63,261 nucleotides of DNA from a virus (lineage: Duplodnaviria; Caudoviricetes): IMG/VR virus record IMGVR_UViG_3300026156_000001, positions 1 through 63,261 of that record; one strand, written 5' to 3'. Positions 18,798 to 30,300 of the stretch are shown piece by piece. The notes below the pieces were generated by a model. That model saw only the letters and a list, made by a program, of their open reading frames with translations, made no database searches and had not been told where the DNA came from. Within the stretch, counting starts at the first letter, position 1, and the number at the start of each line of letters is the position of its first letter. Position numbers and translations under genes: made by a program.

Positions 18798-19240
18798 CGT
18801 GTGTTTATCAACATAGGCGATTAGATACAGGTAATATATTTTACGTAGGTATTGGTCAACTTAAAAATAGATCTATATCAACCAAAAGTAGAAACCCTTA
18901 TTGGAGGAACATTGTCAGAAAAACAACAGTTGTTGTAGAAATTATTGGCACTTTTGAAAAAAGAGAAGACGCTTGCTTACTAGAAAAAAAATTAATTAAG
19001 CAATATAAAAAAATTTCAGAGGGGGGAACACTTTGTAATATAACAGACGGAGGAGATGGAGGGGTTATACCGAGACTATGTAAAAAGGTAGAATGTTTTG
19101 ATCGAAATATCTCTTATATAAATACTTACGATACTATAAGATTAGCGTCAAGAATAAAAGGAGTAGATCATAGTCATATAATAGATGTTTGTAAAGGAAG
19201 ACGAAAGACAGCAGGCGGATATATTTGGAAATATAAATGA
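18794..19240 (+). CDS. free-standing GIY-YIG-like homing endonuclease with NUMOD1 domain
   Basis: VYQH...FYVGIG..R, LEKKLI, LCNITDGG; C-terminal VCKGRRKTAGGYIWKY. Confidence 0.8.
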   Translation: MTCVYQHRRLDTGNIFYVGIGQLKNRSISTKSRNPYWRNIVRKTTVVVEIIGTFEKREDACLLEKKLIKQYKKISEGGTLCNITDGGDGGVIPRLCKKVECFDRNISYINTYDTIRLASRIKGVDHSHIIDVCKGRRKTAGGYIWKYK

Positions 19241-19249
19241 TAAAATAAT

Positions 19250-21706
19250 ATGTCATTAAAAAAAGAAGACATTTTTTCATTCGGAGGACTACCAGATCCT
19301 TTAGCATCAGATGAAGAAAAAAACAAAGAATCCTACGGATTACAAATGGGTAAATACATTGAGCAGGAATGGTTTTATAGACCAGAAAGTTCTAGTGCAG
19401 GAAAGTGTTTGTATTACGACAAAAGGGATCGTTACCACAACCTAAGGTTATACGGTAGAGGAGAACAAAGCACTCAACCATACAGAGACTTACTTAATAT
19501 TGGAGAAAATACATCATATACAAACTATGATTTGAGACCTATTCAAGTAATTCCTAAGTTTGTTAATCTGATTGTAAATCAAATGAGCGAGAGATTGTTT
19601 GATATAAAAGCAGAAGCTACAGATAAATTTTCAACCGATTTAAAAAACAAACAAAAAGAAAAACTAGAAGATTTAGTTTACTCACGACCTATTACAGACT
19701 TAGTTAAAAAAGAACTAGGTGTAGATTTACAACCTATTGGTTTTGAAGACTATCCTCAAACACAGGAGGAGATCGATCTACACATGAAGCTGAAATACAA
19801 ACCAGCTATTGAAATAGCGACAGAAGAAGCATTGAGTTTCACGCTGGAATGTAACGACTATTCAGACATACAGAGTGACGTTATTAAGGATATAACCGAA
19901 ATAGGGTTAGGTGCTATAAAACACAAAACAGATAGGTCTAAAGGCATATGTATAGAATATGTTGACCCAGCAAACACAGTATATTCTTATCCTTTACATA
20001 GAGACTTCAAAGATGTCCATTACTACGGTGAGGTTAAGAGAATGACCATCATGGAGTTACAACGAATATCTAATAACAAGTTTACCAAAGATGAGCTTGA
20101 AGACATGGCTAAAATGACTTCGAGCTGGAACAGTTATCATAGATCTAATACATCGAACAATAGCTTCGAAGATGATGATTTATCTAACTTCATAGTGGAT
20201 GTACTATTCTTTAATTTTAAAAGTACCAACGCACTTTCTTACAAGAAAAAATATACTAAGAATGGTGGGTACAAAATGACAAAGAAACAGAGCACATTTG
20301 AAAAAAAGAATAAAGAATACGATGGATATGAAGCGGTAAAGAAAATGATTGATGTATGGTATGAAGGAGCATTGGTGTTAGGAACAAATAAAATATTCAA
20401 TTATAAGTTATGTGAAAACATGATTAGACCAAAAGGTTTATTGAATAAAACAATGCCTAATTATTTGTTTTTCGCTCCTGAACTATATCAAAACAGAACA
20501 AAGAGCTTACTAGAACGTATTATACCTTATGTGGATCAAATGCAACAGATTCATATAAAAATACAACAAATTGTAGCTAAAGCAAGACCTAACGGTGTTT
20601 ACATCGATGTAGCAGGACTTAATGAAATCACAATAGGTGATTCTGGATCATTAGACCCTATGGAAATTATGAGGATTTATGATGAGACAGGTAATGTACT
20701 AGGTAGTTCAGTTACACAGGAAGGTGACTTTAATCATGGAAGACAACCCATACAAGAACTTAAAAATGGTGTAGTAGATGGCTTAGATAGACTAATTAAC
20801 CTTTATAACCACTACATGAATCTTGTAAGAGACTCTATAGGTATTCCACAAGGTGCTGATGCGAGTATGCCACACCCTGACACGTTGGTGGGCGTACAAG
20901 AACAAGTAGCGTTAAACTCAAATACAGCCACTAGACATATTTTAGATGGTATGTTAAATATCACCGAAAGACTAGGGGAAGCACTTAGTCTAAGATTATC
21001 TGATATATTTGAGTATTCTGAACTCAAAGAAATTTACACCAATGCTGTAGGTAAGATTAACATGAGGAGCTTAGAAGCTTTGAAAAAATACCATCTACAT
21101 GACATAGGTGTAAACATAATACTTAAACCAGACACACAAGAAAAACAATATTTAGAGTCAAATATTAATCAAGCACTAGCTAAAGATTTAATAACATTAG
21201 ATGATGCAATTGATGTTAGAAATATCAATAACACAAAATTAGCGAATGAGCTTTTGAAAACTAGGAGAATAAGAAGAGAGAAATCAAGAAAAGAAGAAGC
21301 AATGCAGATGGAGCAAATGAAAGCAGAAACACAAGAAAGATCGATAATGGCTTCTGCACAAGCAGAACAACAAAAAGCACAGATCAAAATACAATCCGAT
21401 TTAGCAGTTGTTAAAGCCAAGTCAGATGCAAAGATGGCAGAGTTAGAGAAAGAAGCCCAAGTTAAGTCTCAATTAATGGAGAAAGAGTTTAACTATAATA
21501 TGGCTCTACAAGGTCAAATGAAATTAAAAGACGTAGAAAAAGAAAAATATAAAGAAGACCGTAAAGATAAAAGACAAGCTGATAATAACTCACAAGCATC
21601 TAAAATGATTGAGCAAAGAAATTATAACTTACCAGCTCAAAAGTTCGAATCATCAGAAGATACGATTACCGGAGGAGCTGACTTAGGAGATTTTGAACCT
21701 AGTTGA
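19250..21706 (+). CDS. portal protein
   Basis: 818 aa after terL; PIQVIPKFVNLIVN motif, C-terminal Q/A/K coiled coil. Confidence 0.82.
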   Translation: MSLKKEDIFSFGGLPDPLASDEEKNKESYGLQMGKYIEQEWFYRPESSSAGKCLYYDKRDRYHNLRLYGRGEQSTQPYRDLLNIGENTSYTNYDLRPIQVIPKFVNLIVNQMSERLFDIKAEATDKFSTDLKNKQKEKLEDLVYSRPITDLVKKELGVDLQPIGFEDYPQTQEEIDLHMKLKYKPAIEIATEEALSFTLECNDYSDIQSDVIKDITEIGLGAIKHKTDRSKGICIEYVDPANTVYSYPLHRDFKDVHYYGEVKRMTIMELQRISNNKFTKDELEDMAKMTSSWNSYHRSNTSNNSFEDDDLSNFIVDVLFFNFKSTNALSYKKKYTKNGGYKMTKKQSTFEKKNKEYDGYEAVKKMIDVWYEGALVLGTNKIFNYKLCENMIRPKGLLNKTMPNYLFFAPELYQNRTKSLLERIIPYVDQMQQIHIKIQQIVAKARPNGVYIDVAGLNEITIGDSGSLDPMEIMRIYDETGNVLGSSVTQEGDFNHGRQPIQELKNGVVDGLDRLINLYNHYMNLVRDSIGIPQGADASMPHPDTLVGVQEQVALNSNTATRHILDGMLNITERLGEALSLRLSDIFEYSELKEIYTNAVGKINMRSLEALKKYHLHDIGVNIILKPDTQEKQYLESNINQALAKDLITLDDAIDVRNINNTKLANELLKTRRIRREKSRKEEAMQMEQMKAETQERSIMASAQAEQQKAQIKIQSDLAVVKAKSDAKMAELEKEAQVKSQLMEKEFNYNMALQGQMKLKDVEKEKYKEDRKDKRQADNNSQASKMIEQRNYNLPAQKFESSEDTITGGADLGDFEPS

Positions 21707-21764
21707 TACAAATAGTAATATAATTTCGATAATTATCTAAAAACGCACGTACTTATATTAACTA

Positions 21765-21772
21765 TATATTTG
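21765..21772 (+). promoter_or_regulatory. -7 promoter element upstream of scaffold/capsid genes
   Basis: TATATTTG 28 nt before the ATG; no TTG at the -33 position. Confidence 0.55.
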
Positions 21773-21800
21773 CAAAATAGATAATTAAAATATAAATAAA

Positions 21801-22961
21801 ATGCAATTGAAAGTTAGATCGTTCGCAAAAGAAAATAACGAACAAACAGACAATGTACCAAATGCTAACGCAGATGCTACAAATGTAGAACAAAATATTG
21901 AAACAAACAAAGAAGTTTCTGAAAATACTACAGAAATTCCTGTTGAACCTAGTGAGAGTATTACTAAACAAACAGAACCACAAGTAGTTACAGAAACAAA
22001 AACAGAACCAGAAAGTTCTTTGACATCCGAATCGGTTAACCAAGTTACTCAACCACAATCTTTCAACCCAAAGGAAGAAGAACTATTAAAACACCTAAGC
22101 GATAAGCTAGGAATGGAATTAAATAGTTTGGAAGACTTGAAACCTAAAGAGGTAAATATTGACCCACAGGTAAAGGCGTTGAATGAATGGAAAGAAAAAA
22201 CAGGGAGACCGATTGAAGATTTTTTCAAGTTTAACAAGGACTACTCTAGTGTAAGCGATATTGATATTGCGAGAGAGGCTCTCAAATTAGAATATCCGAC
22301 TTTATCTAAAGAAGACATCGAGCTAGAACTATCAACTAAATTCATTTCAGACGAAGATGATTTAGATATAGAAGTAGCTAGAAAAAACCTAGAACTGAAA
22401 AAATATGCTACTAAAGGTCGCCAAGCACTAGAACAGATGAAAGGAGACTTAGGGAAACCTAACGAAAATATTTTATCTCCAGAAATCAAAGAGCAAGTAG
22501 AATTTGCTAAAGAAATAAAAAAGCAGATTCAAGCAAATAAAGAGCATCAAGAAAACTACACTAAAGGTATCGTTAACGCTACCAACACTGTAGAATCTCT
22601 CTCTTTAAGTTTAGCAGATGATTTTAAAATCGACTACAAAGTATCTCCAGAGGATAGAAAAACATTACCTGATTTTATTCAGGAAATGCCACACTGGATA
22701 AACCAAGATGGTAGTACAAATCATCAAGAAGTTGTGAAAGACTCTATTAAGATTAAGAACTTTGACAATATTGTTAAACTAGCTTATGAACAAGGACTTA
22801 GTGCAGGTAAAGACCAAGTAATAAAAGATGCAAAGAATACTACTATAGATCAGAGTAATAATATGAATGCTCAACAAAGCACAGGCAAGAAGAAACCGAT
22901 TTACGAAAACGAACCAAAAGGTTTGGGCGGATCAAGAATGTCTGTAAAGTTTAACAAATAA
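21801..22961 (+). CDS. putative capsid scaffolding protein
   Basis: Acidic low-complexity N-terminus, helical, AYEQG motif; between portal and capsid genes. Confidence 0.7.
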   Translation: MQLKVRSFAKENNEQTDNVPNANADATNVEQNIETNKEVSENTTEIPVEPSESITKQTEPQVVTETKTEPESSLTSESVNQVTQPQSFNPKEEELLKHLSDKLGMELNSLEDLKPKEVNIDPQVKALNEWKEKTGRPIEDFFKFNKDYSSVSDIDIAREALKLEYPTLSKEDIELELSTKFISDEDDLDIEVARKNLELKKYATKGRQALEQMKGDLGKPNENILSPEIKEQVEFAKEIKKQIQANKEHQENYTKGIVNATNTVESLSLSLADDFKIDYKVSPEDRKTLPDFIQEMPHWINQDGSTNHQEVVKDSIKIKNFDNIVKLAYEQGLSAGKDQVIKDAKNTTIDQSNNMNAQQSTGKKKPIYENEPKGLGGSRMSVKFNK

Positions 22962-22974
22962 ATAATTTTTTAAA

Positions 22975-24336
22975 ATGCCTTTAAACGCAACACCAACCTA
23001 TAACGTGCAGCCTTCTTCACAGAAAGTTCCGTTAGCAACTAACTACATCTCCGAATTTGATTATTCAAATCAGTACGATGCAGAAAAACACGATGAACTA
23101 AAGAGAATCTATGGTTCACAATCCATTGCTGGTATGCTATATATGCTACAAGCAGAATCCTCTATGGCTTCAGATAAATTTATCTGGTCAGAAGAAGGAA
23201 GACTACACACTGTTTACACAGATGTAACTAGAGTAAACAATGTATTTACTAAAGCCAATCACGTATTTAGAGTTGGTGAAACTGTTCATTTGTCTGGTAC
23301 AGGTGCGGCAGCCGCTATCAAAAGACGTGGTGTGATTTCAGCTGTTGATGCTAATACTTTTACAGTAGAAGCTTACAAAAACGCAGGTTTTGCTGCATTG
23401 GGTGCTGCTGATATTGTAGCATTTGTGGACGGTTCTGAATTTGGAAAAGGTAGTGATGAAATGAACGGTAGTCTTTCTACAGATTTTACAATCTTAGAAA
23501 ACAAACCAATCATTTTGAGAGATACCTTTAAGGTAAATGGTTCTGATACCGCACAAATATGCTGGATAAATCACCCAGATGGTGGTTACCTATGGTTTTT
23601 ACATGACCAAAGAAACACACGAAGACGTTGGGAAGACCGAATGGAACTTTCAATGTTGAACGGAGAAGCAGCAGAAACTGGATCAGCAGCAGAGGCTAAT
23701 GGTACTACGGGTACAGAAGGTCTTTTTGAAGCTATTAAAACGAGAGGTAACTCTTTCCAAGGTCTTGCTGATGATATTACTGACTTTGATGATATCGTTA
23801 GACGATTCGACGCACAAGGTAAGATCCAAGATTATATGTTCTACGTAGATAGAGATCAGTCCTTGGCTATTGATAATATGTTAGGTGCTTTGAATGCTGG
23901 TTACAGTGGAGGTATTTCTTACGGTATTTTTGATAACGATAAGGATATGTCTGTAAATCTAGGATTTAAAGGATTTACTAGAGGAACTTATAACTTCTTC
24001 AAAACAGATTCAAAATTGTTTAACGATCCTACTACTATGGGTGCTGTAGATCCTGCATCTAAAATTAGAGGTGTACTTATTCCTGTTGGAACTAAAGAAG
24101 TTTACGAAGGTTCATATAACGGTAACGGAGCAGGTAGCAAAATCACTACTCCTTTCTTACAATGTATGTATCGTGCATCAGAGGTAGAAAACAGAAAATA
24201 CAAAACTTGGATCACAGGTTCTGTTTACGGTGGAACACCTACTGATGGAAGTGATGTAATGAAAGAACACCACTTATCCGAAAGAATGCTTAACACTGTA
24301 GGTGCTAACAACTTTATGCTTTTTGAAGGAGCATAA
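22975..24336 (+). CDS. major capsid protein
   Basis: 453 aa after the scaffold; WSEEGRLH, GSEFGKG, GTEGLFEAI motifs; followed by a terminator. Confidence 0.82.
   Translation: MPLNATPTYNVQPSSQKVPLATNYISEFDYSNQYDAEKHDELKRIYGSQSIAGMLYMLQAESSMASDKFIWSEEGRLHTVYTDVTRVNNVFTKANHVFRVGETVHLSGTGAAAAIKRRGVISAVDANTFTVEAYKNAGFAALGAADIVAFVDGSEFGKGSDEMNGSLSTDFTILENKPIILRDTFKVNGSDTAQICWINHPDGGYLWFLHDQRNTRRRWEDRMELSMLNGEAAETGSAAEANGTTGTEGLFEAIKTRGNSFQGLADDITDFDDIVRRFDAQGKIQDYMFYVDRDQSLAIDNMLGALNAGYSGGISYGIFDNDKDMSVNLGFKGFTRGTYNFFKTDSKLFNDPTTMGAVDPASKIRGVLIPVGTKEVYEGSYNGNGAGSKITTPFLQCMYRASEVENRKYKTWITGSVYGGTPTDGSDVMKEHHLSERMLNTVGANNFMLFEGA
23911..23968 (+). repeat. 58-bp segment of the capsid gene duplicated (inverted) at 51882-51939
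   Basis: GGTATTTCTTACGGTATTTTTGATAACGATAAGGATATGTCTGTAAATCTAGGATTTA, 58/58 identical. Confidence 0.95.
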
Positions 24337-24356
24337 TAACTTTCAAATAAAACACT

Positions 24357-24387
24357 GAATGGGAGCATGAAACCTCCCATTCTTTTT
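24357..24387 (+). terminator. intrinsic terminator
   Basis: GAATGGGAG/CTCCCATTC stem plus TTTTT. Confidence 0.8.
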
Positions 24388-24417
24388 ACACATTAATTAA
24401 AATTAAATATTATTAAA

Positions 24418-25209
24418 ATGACCAAGTTAAAAAAAGTTTGGACGGCTAAAACTTACCGTCTTAAAGACAACAGATCAGGTGAAACATTCACCATCAAAGT
24501 AGGAAAAAAAGGAAACCTTATTTACACAAATGAAAAAGAGCAAGTAAGTAGAGCAATTCGTCATTGTCCTAACCAACGATCTATTTTCGTGGATGAACAA
24601 GATAACTTCGCACTAGTTGAAACAATTGTGTTTAGAAAAGGTTATTTAGAAGTACCTGCTCATAGACAAATTACACAAGAGTTTTTAGACCATCACCCTT
24701 CAAATGGTTTATTGTTTGAGGAAGTAAACGATGAGATGGAAGCTAAAGAAAGTATGGAGAATGAAGAGTTGGTAATGGATGCCAAAGTTGCTGTTAGAGA
24801 AACTTCTAAAGATAAAAATGGTATTCATAAACTCAAAGCTGTTGTATCTGTACTAAAAGGTTCTGTTGAGCAAGCTAATAAAATGGGTATTGAAGAGTTA
24901 AAGTCTGTACTATACAACGAAATCGAATACGATGTAAGCAGGTTTGTTGATGAAAATGGACACGTAACTATGTTTGAAGATGACTACATTTTAACTAAAT
25001 ATCAAATACTTAGAGCATTGAGAGAGGGAGTTATTAGAAAAAGCCCTAATGGAAAATCAATATTGTGGAGTAAAGATAAAACAGTTATCGCAACAGCACC
25101 AAGAAGCATAGACGTAGTAGAGTTCTTCACAGAATACCTTACTACAGACGATGGTTTACTAGTAGCAGAGGAAATCACTAGACGACTAACTACAAAAAAA
25201 ACCAAATAA
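24418..25209 (+). CDS. hypothetical protein of the head module
   Basis: 263 aa after the capsid gene; NQRSIFVDEQ, FLDHHP. Confidence 0.7.
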   Translation: MTKLKKVWTAKTYRLKDNRSGETFTIKVGKKGNLIYTNEKEQVSRAIRHCPNQRSIFVDEQDNFALVETIVFRKGYLEVPAHRQITQEFLDHHPSNGLLFEEVNDEMEAKESMENEELVMDAKVAVRETSKDKNGIHKLKAVVSVLKGSVEQANKMGIEELKSVLYNEIEYDVSRFVDENGHVTMFEDDYILTKYQILRALREGVIRKSPNGKSILWSKDKTVIATAPRSIDVVEFFTEYLTTDDGLLVAEEITRRLTTKKTK

Positions 25210-25229
25210 ACTTAGTTAGTAGATAAACT

Positions 25230-25260
25230 AAACCCTTAGATTTATTTCTAGGGGTTTTTT
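25230..25260 (+). terminator. intrinsic terminator
   Basis: AAACCCTTAGA/TCTAGGGGTTT stem plus T-run. Confidence 0.8.
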
Positions 25261-25328
25261 ATTTAAAATCGTTATAATCAGTCAATCGTATTTATTTAGT
25301 ATATTTGTATTTACTAAATAATAGATAA

Positions 25329-26063
25329 ATGTTAGATACTATATACAAAACATTACTAACAATTATAAACAAGGAAAATCAAGGTTATATTAACCCTACT
25401 GAATTTAACTTGGTGGCTAATAATGTTCAGCAAGAAATATTTAGAGGGTATTTTGGAGATGAGAACAAAGATAAACTAAAGAAAAACAGTAACTCTACAA
25501 GTAGAGGATATAGTAACCTAGCATTCAATGAACGCCAAAGGATCAATCAGTTTTCAGAGATAGCTACAATAATTAAAACAGGTAATTCTTTTTTACTACC
25601 AGAAAATCTTTTCTTTTTGGAGGACGACGGTGTTACATCAATAAGTTCTACAGAAACTAATGGATTAGTAAACAGAGTTATAGAAGAAGTAGAAAGAAGT
25701 CAAATGGCTTATTTATCTATATCAGAAGCAGGAAGTACAGAACAATTCCCTATTTACGAAAGATACTCTAATAATATTTTAGTATCACCAGATACTATTG
25801 ACGAAATACAAATAAGATATATAAGAACACCGAAACAACCCAATTGGACTTATTTTGAGTTAAGTAGCGGAGACCCTGTTTTTAACCCAGCAAACCCTAG
25901 TTATCAAGATTTTGAACTACACGAATCAGAATTTACAAATATAGTTCTGAGAATGTTATCATATTTCGGAATAAACCTAAGGGAAGCCGATGTCATTAAC
26001 GTAGCAGAAACTTTAAAAGACAAGATGACAAGGAAAGATCAAATTAACGGTAGAGACGCATGA
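25329..26063 (+). CDS. putative tail ring/adaptor protein
   Basis: NKENQGYINPTEFN, YIRTPKQPNW, DFELHESE; preceded by TATATTTG (25300-25307). Confidence 0.6.
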   Translation: MLDTIYKTLLTIINKENQGYINPTEFNLVANNVQQEIFRGYFGDENKDKLKKNSNSTSRGYSNLAFNERQRINQFSEIATIIKTGNSFLLPENLFFLEDDGVTSISSTETNGLVNRVIEEVERSQMAYLSISEAGSTEQFPIYERYSNNILVSPDTIDEIQIRYIRTPKQPNWTYFELSSGDPVFNPANPSYQDFELHESEFTNIVLRMLSYFGINLREADVINVAETLKDKMTRKDQINGRDA

Positions 26064-26938
26064 AACTAAACAACCAAGATTTACTAAAACCATCTATCGA
26101 TTATTACGAAAACAGAGAGGTACATGGTGATTATCAATACATTACATTAGAGGAAATAGTTAATAACTACATGATGTCTCGTGATGACGATGACTACACA
26201 GCTAATGTTCCTAGATTCAAAGTTTTATATCACGCAAGGAGAGGATTTAGAGAATTGTATTATGATGTTATAAGAGAAATACGACACATATCTTTAGAGT
26301 TATCCCCCACACTTCAGGTTACTTTACCTCCTGACTTTGTTAACTATGTTAGGATTTGTTGGATTGACGATATGGGTCAATTACACCCTATGGCTATAGA
26401 TAAAAGAATGGATATATCTAGAGAGTATTTACAAGATCATCAATATGAATTTTTATATAATGATGAAGGGAATATATTGATAGGAGATAGAACTAACAAA
26501 GATTACCATCCTAATGTTTTAGGTTGTAATTATAGAAAATATTCCATCTGTAACACAGGCTTTAATCCTAATGTAGATGCTAGTAGGCTTTTTGCAAACG
26601 GTAGGTACAACATTAACAAAACAGAAGGTATTATTCAGTTTGGTTCAGAGGTAAACGGTAGAGAAATATCACTAGAATATATTTCAGACGGTTTATTTAC
26701 TGGAAGTGAAGGAATACCAGAAAAAGAAATAAGGATTCATAAATTTGCCGAAGACACTATTATAAATTACATTTCTTACGAATTAATCAAGAATCGTAGG
26801 AACATTCCAGCGAATCAAAAAATGATGTCTAGGAAAGAATATTACAATAGTAGAAGACTATGTAAACTAAGAATCAACACGTTAAGAAAAGACGAACTGT
26901 TACAGTCTTTCAGAAAATCGACCATGTGGATTAAGTAA
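26060..26938 (+). CDS. putative tail ring/tube structural protein
   Basis: YQYITLEEIVNNY, LPPDFVNYVRI, LEYISDGL. Confidence 0.6.
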   Translation: MKLNNQDLLKPSIDYYENREVHGDYQYITLEEIVNNYMMSRDDDDYTANVPRFKVLYHARRGFRELYYDVIREIRHISLELSPTLQVTLPPDFVNYVRICWIDDMGQLHPMAIDKRMDISREYLQDHQYEFLYNDEGNILIGDRTNKDYHPNVLGCNYRKYSICNTGFNPNVDASRLFANGRYNINKTEGIIQFGSEVNGREISLEYISDGLFTGSEGIPEKEIRIHKFAEDTIINYISYELIKNRRNIPANQKMMSRKEYYNSRRLCKLRINTLRKDELLQSFRKSTMWIK

Positions 26939-26956
26939 TAAATTAAATATAATATA

Positions 26957-27178
26957 ATGCAACCGTTAAACAATTACATTGTCTGTAAAGACTTACAAAA
27001 ACAAAAAAGCGAAGGGTTTGTCATAAAAACCAATAATAGATTCGTAGAATTAGAAGTGGTATCTTCATCACAGGACAATGTCAAAGTAGGCGATATTGTT
27101 AAAGTTTCAGCGAACGCTGGGGAGAAGGATGAGGATTACACCATTATTAGATCAACCGATATAATTTATATACTATGA
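26957..27178 (+). CDS. single-domain GroES-like co-chaperonin
   Basis: MQPLNNYIV...EGFVI...EVVS....VKVGDIV....YTIIRSTDIIYIL follows the Cpn10 pattern. Confidence 0.75.
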   Translation: MQPLNNYIVCKDLQKQKSEGFVIKTNNRFVELEVVSSSQDNVKVGDIVKVSANAGEKDEDYTIIRSTDIIYIL

Positions 27179-27348
27179 AAGGTGAGTCAATAGAACCAAA
27201 AATACAAATGGTTAGACAGTATATATATGACAAAAAGGGCGTTGATATAAAAAACATCATCGTAAAAACACATGATGATTTAATGAAGTTAAATCATTGT
27301 TATAACGTAGCTAAAGATTTTTACTTCAAACAAATGGGTTTCGTATAA
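27175..27348 (+). CDS. small hypothetical protein
   Basis: 57-aa ORF (MKGESIEPK...) overlapping the previous stop (ATGA). Confidence 0.55.
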   Translation: MKGESIEPKIQMVRQYIYDKKGVDIKNIIVKTHDDLMKLNHCYNVAKDFYFKQMGFV

Positions 27349-27366
27349 ATCCAAAAAGAATACCAA

Positions 27367-30300
27367 ATGAAACTTAAAAATACCTTTATAGACAGCAAGA
27401 TGAATAAAGACGTAGATGAACGTCTTGTGCCTAAAGGTCAGTATCCGCACGCAGAAAATATAAGGGTTTCTAATAGCGATGGTTCGGATGCAGGTTCAGT
27501 TGAGAATATAAAAGGTAATGAACAATTAACAAATTTAGGACTTACTAACGCTAAATGTATTGGTGCTATTGGTGATAACTCAAATAGAAAAATATATTGG
27601 TTTGTAACTTCTGATGAAAAAGATTTAGTATTAGAGTACGATAAAACAAAAGACATTGACCCTTTAACAACACTACTAGAATCTACAAACCCTAATGGTG
27701 TATTAAACTTTAGTAAAGATTTCTTAATTACGGGTGTTAATAAGTTAATAAACGACGACTCAAACGATGATCTGTTATTTTGGACAGATAACCGAAACCC
27801 ACCAAGAGTAATTAATATAGAACGCTTCAAAGGCTCTTTACCTGATTCGTTCGCAGAAGCAGATATATCGGTGATCAAAGCACCACCCCTAAAAGCACCA
27901 GAGTTTACTTTTTCACTAACTCTTGAATCATCTATTGATTCGTTAGATGATAAATTCCTAGCGTTTGCATATCGATACAAATACTTAGATGGGGAGTATA
28001 GTGCTTTATCGTCTTTTACAAACTATGCGTTTTCACCTAGTGGATTAGACATTGACTTCGACACCCTTGAAAACAGAGGGATGCGTAATTCATTCAACGC
28101 GTTGAATATAACTTTAAATTCTGGAGGTAAGAATGTATCAGAGGTTCAGCTTTGTGTGAAAGAATCTAATTCTAATAATGTTTACATTGTGGAAGACTTT
28201 ATTAAGGATGAGGATAATATAGTTGATAATAGTAATATAGTGTATAATTTTATCAACGATAAAACACTAAGGGTTTTACCTGACGATGAATTATTAAGAG
28301 CTTATGACAACGTACCCAGACTAGCCAAAGCACAGGACATAATTGGTAACAGATTAATGTATGCTAATTACGAAGAGGGTTTTGATGTTGGTAAGGTTGA
28401 TTTTAGTTGTGATATTGTTTCTAACAGTATAGAAGGTGAGGAGTTACCTATAAGGTTAGTTAATTCAGATGCAAATATCGAGATTGATTTAGCTAATTTA
28501 CCGTTGGTTAAGAATACTAGGTTAGATATAGGAATCACTATGTTAGGTAAATTACCTAGTAATGTTGATGATCAGGGTTCTGCTTCAAATTTCGCATACA
28601 CATTTTCTTTTATTTTAGAAAGAGACTACACTGATTTAACAGATTTAACTTCTAGTACAGAGTTTTTTAATTTCATAACAGGTACTCCTCCTTTAGACCC
28701 TGGTGTAATGGTTAGGGTTTTCGATTCTATTGAAAATTCAGAACCTCCTGTTGGTACAGATTCTACTGCCCGTAATCCTTTTACTTATTTTTTATCTGGT
28801 ACGATATTAACTATAAACTCACCTTCGCAAGAACATACAGACAGTACAATACCACAGACTATTGTTTATAATTGGGAATTTTCGGAATCTACCGACGCTA
28901 GTTTTTTATTAGAGGCATCCACAGCTTCTTTAAAGACCAATCGAAACCTAGAAGTAGGATTAATATATTTAGACGATTATGGTAGAAAATCAACAGTTTT
29001 ATTATCAAACACAAATACTGTTGATATACCACAGTCTCTTTCAGAATTACAAAATAAATTAAGAGTTACCATACCACAAGGAATATTAGCTCCAGAAGAA
29101 GCTAATAACTATAAATTTGTAGTAAAACAAAATAAGGGGTTTTATGATAACATTATTACCACTAAATTTTTTATAGATGGTAACTTTGTTTGGTATAAGT
29201 TAGAACAATCAACCAAAGATAAAATAAGAGAGGGAGATACATTATATGTAAAAAGAGATGTCAATGGAACATTACCGATTCCGATTAAAGTAACCGTTTT
29301 AGAAATCTCCAATAAAGAACAAAATTTCATAGATGGTAATTTCTTTGATCAGACAACGGGTCAAATAACAGAGGGTCCAGAAAATTTACCAAATGTTGTA
29401 GAGATAATTGAACCAGCAGGGACTTACTTTAAAGTTAAACCATTAGGTTTCGCAGCCACATTTAGCCCTGATGCGTTTTTTATTAGAAAGTATTCCGCCA
29501 GAAGAGATAGTAGAGGAAGACAACCCGTAGCTACTGTTACAGGTTTGAGAAATGACACAGAATATTTTCCTATTAATCAAGGTGGTAAAGTCACAATAGA
29601 AATATTCGGACTGAGAAAAAGAGCAGAAGGCGGAGGTTTATTTGGAGGAGCTAGTGATGCTATATACACGGCAAAAAATACTTACCCTGTTTCAGAGGAT
29701 TATCAGAATCTATATGATTTTTATGAGAAAGAGGTGGGTTTTGGTAATATCGAGTCTGATTTTAAGAATGACGCTGCGGACATTTTTTTCAATGCGGGTA
29801 TAACAGAAGTCACAGGTGATAACATAACAAAAACGTTGTCTTTTGAAAGCCCTATGGGGGGAGGAGGTGTAGGTAGTAGAAGATCAGTTATAGACGTTAC
29901 AGTAACCATTGAAAACTCTAACGGTCTAACCGTATTTGAAACAATACCAGAAACAAACCTATCAGAAATATACTACGAAACATCAGAGACATTTGATATA
30001 ATAAATGGTTATCATATTGGTAAAGAACAATCTCAAACACCAACACAAGACGCTATTCACACATTAGATTTTTATAATTGTTATGCTATGGGGGAAGGTG
30101 TAGAATCCATATCTTTCCTAGATGTATTTAATAAACCAAATCTAAATATTGATCTAAGACCTTCGTCAACATCGGTAGAAAAGTTTAGAAAAATAAGAAG
30201 AAGAGCAGATATTACTTATAGTGAGGTATATAACGAGAACTCTAATATCAACGGACTAAACGAATTTAATTTAGCTAGAGCAAACTTCAAAGAAGATATT

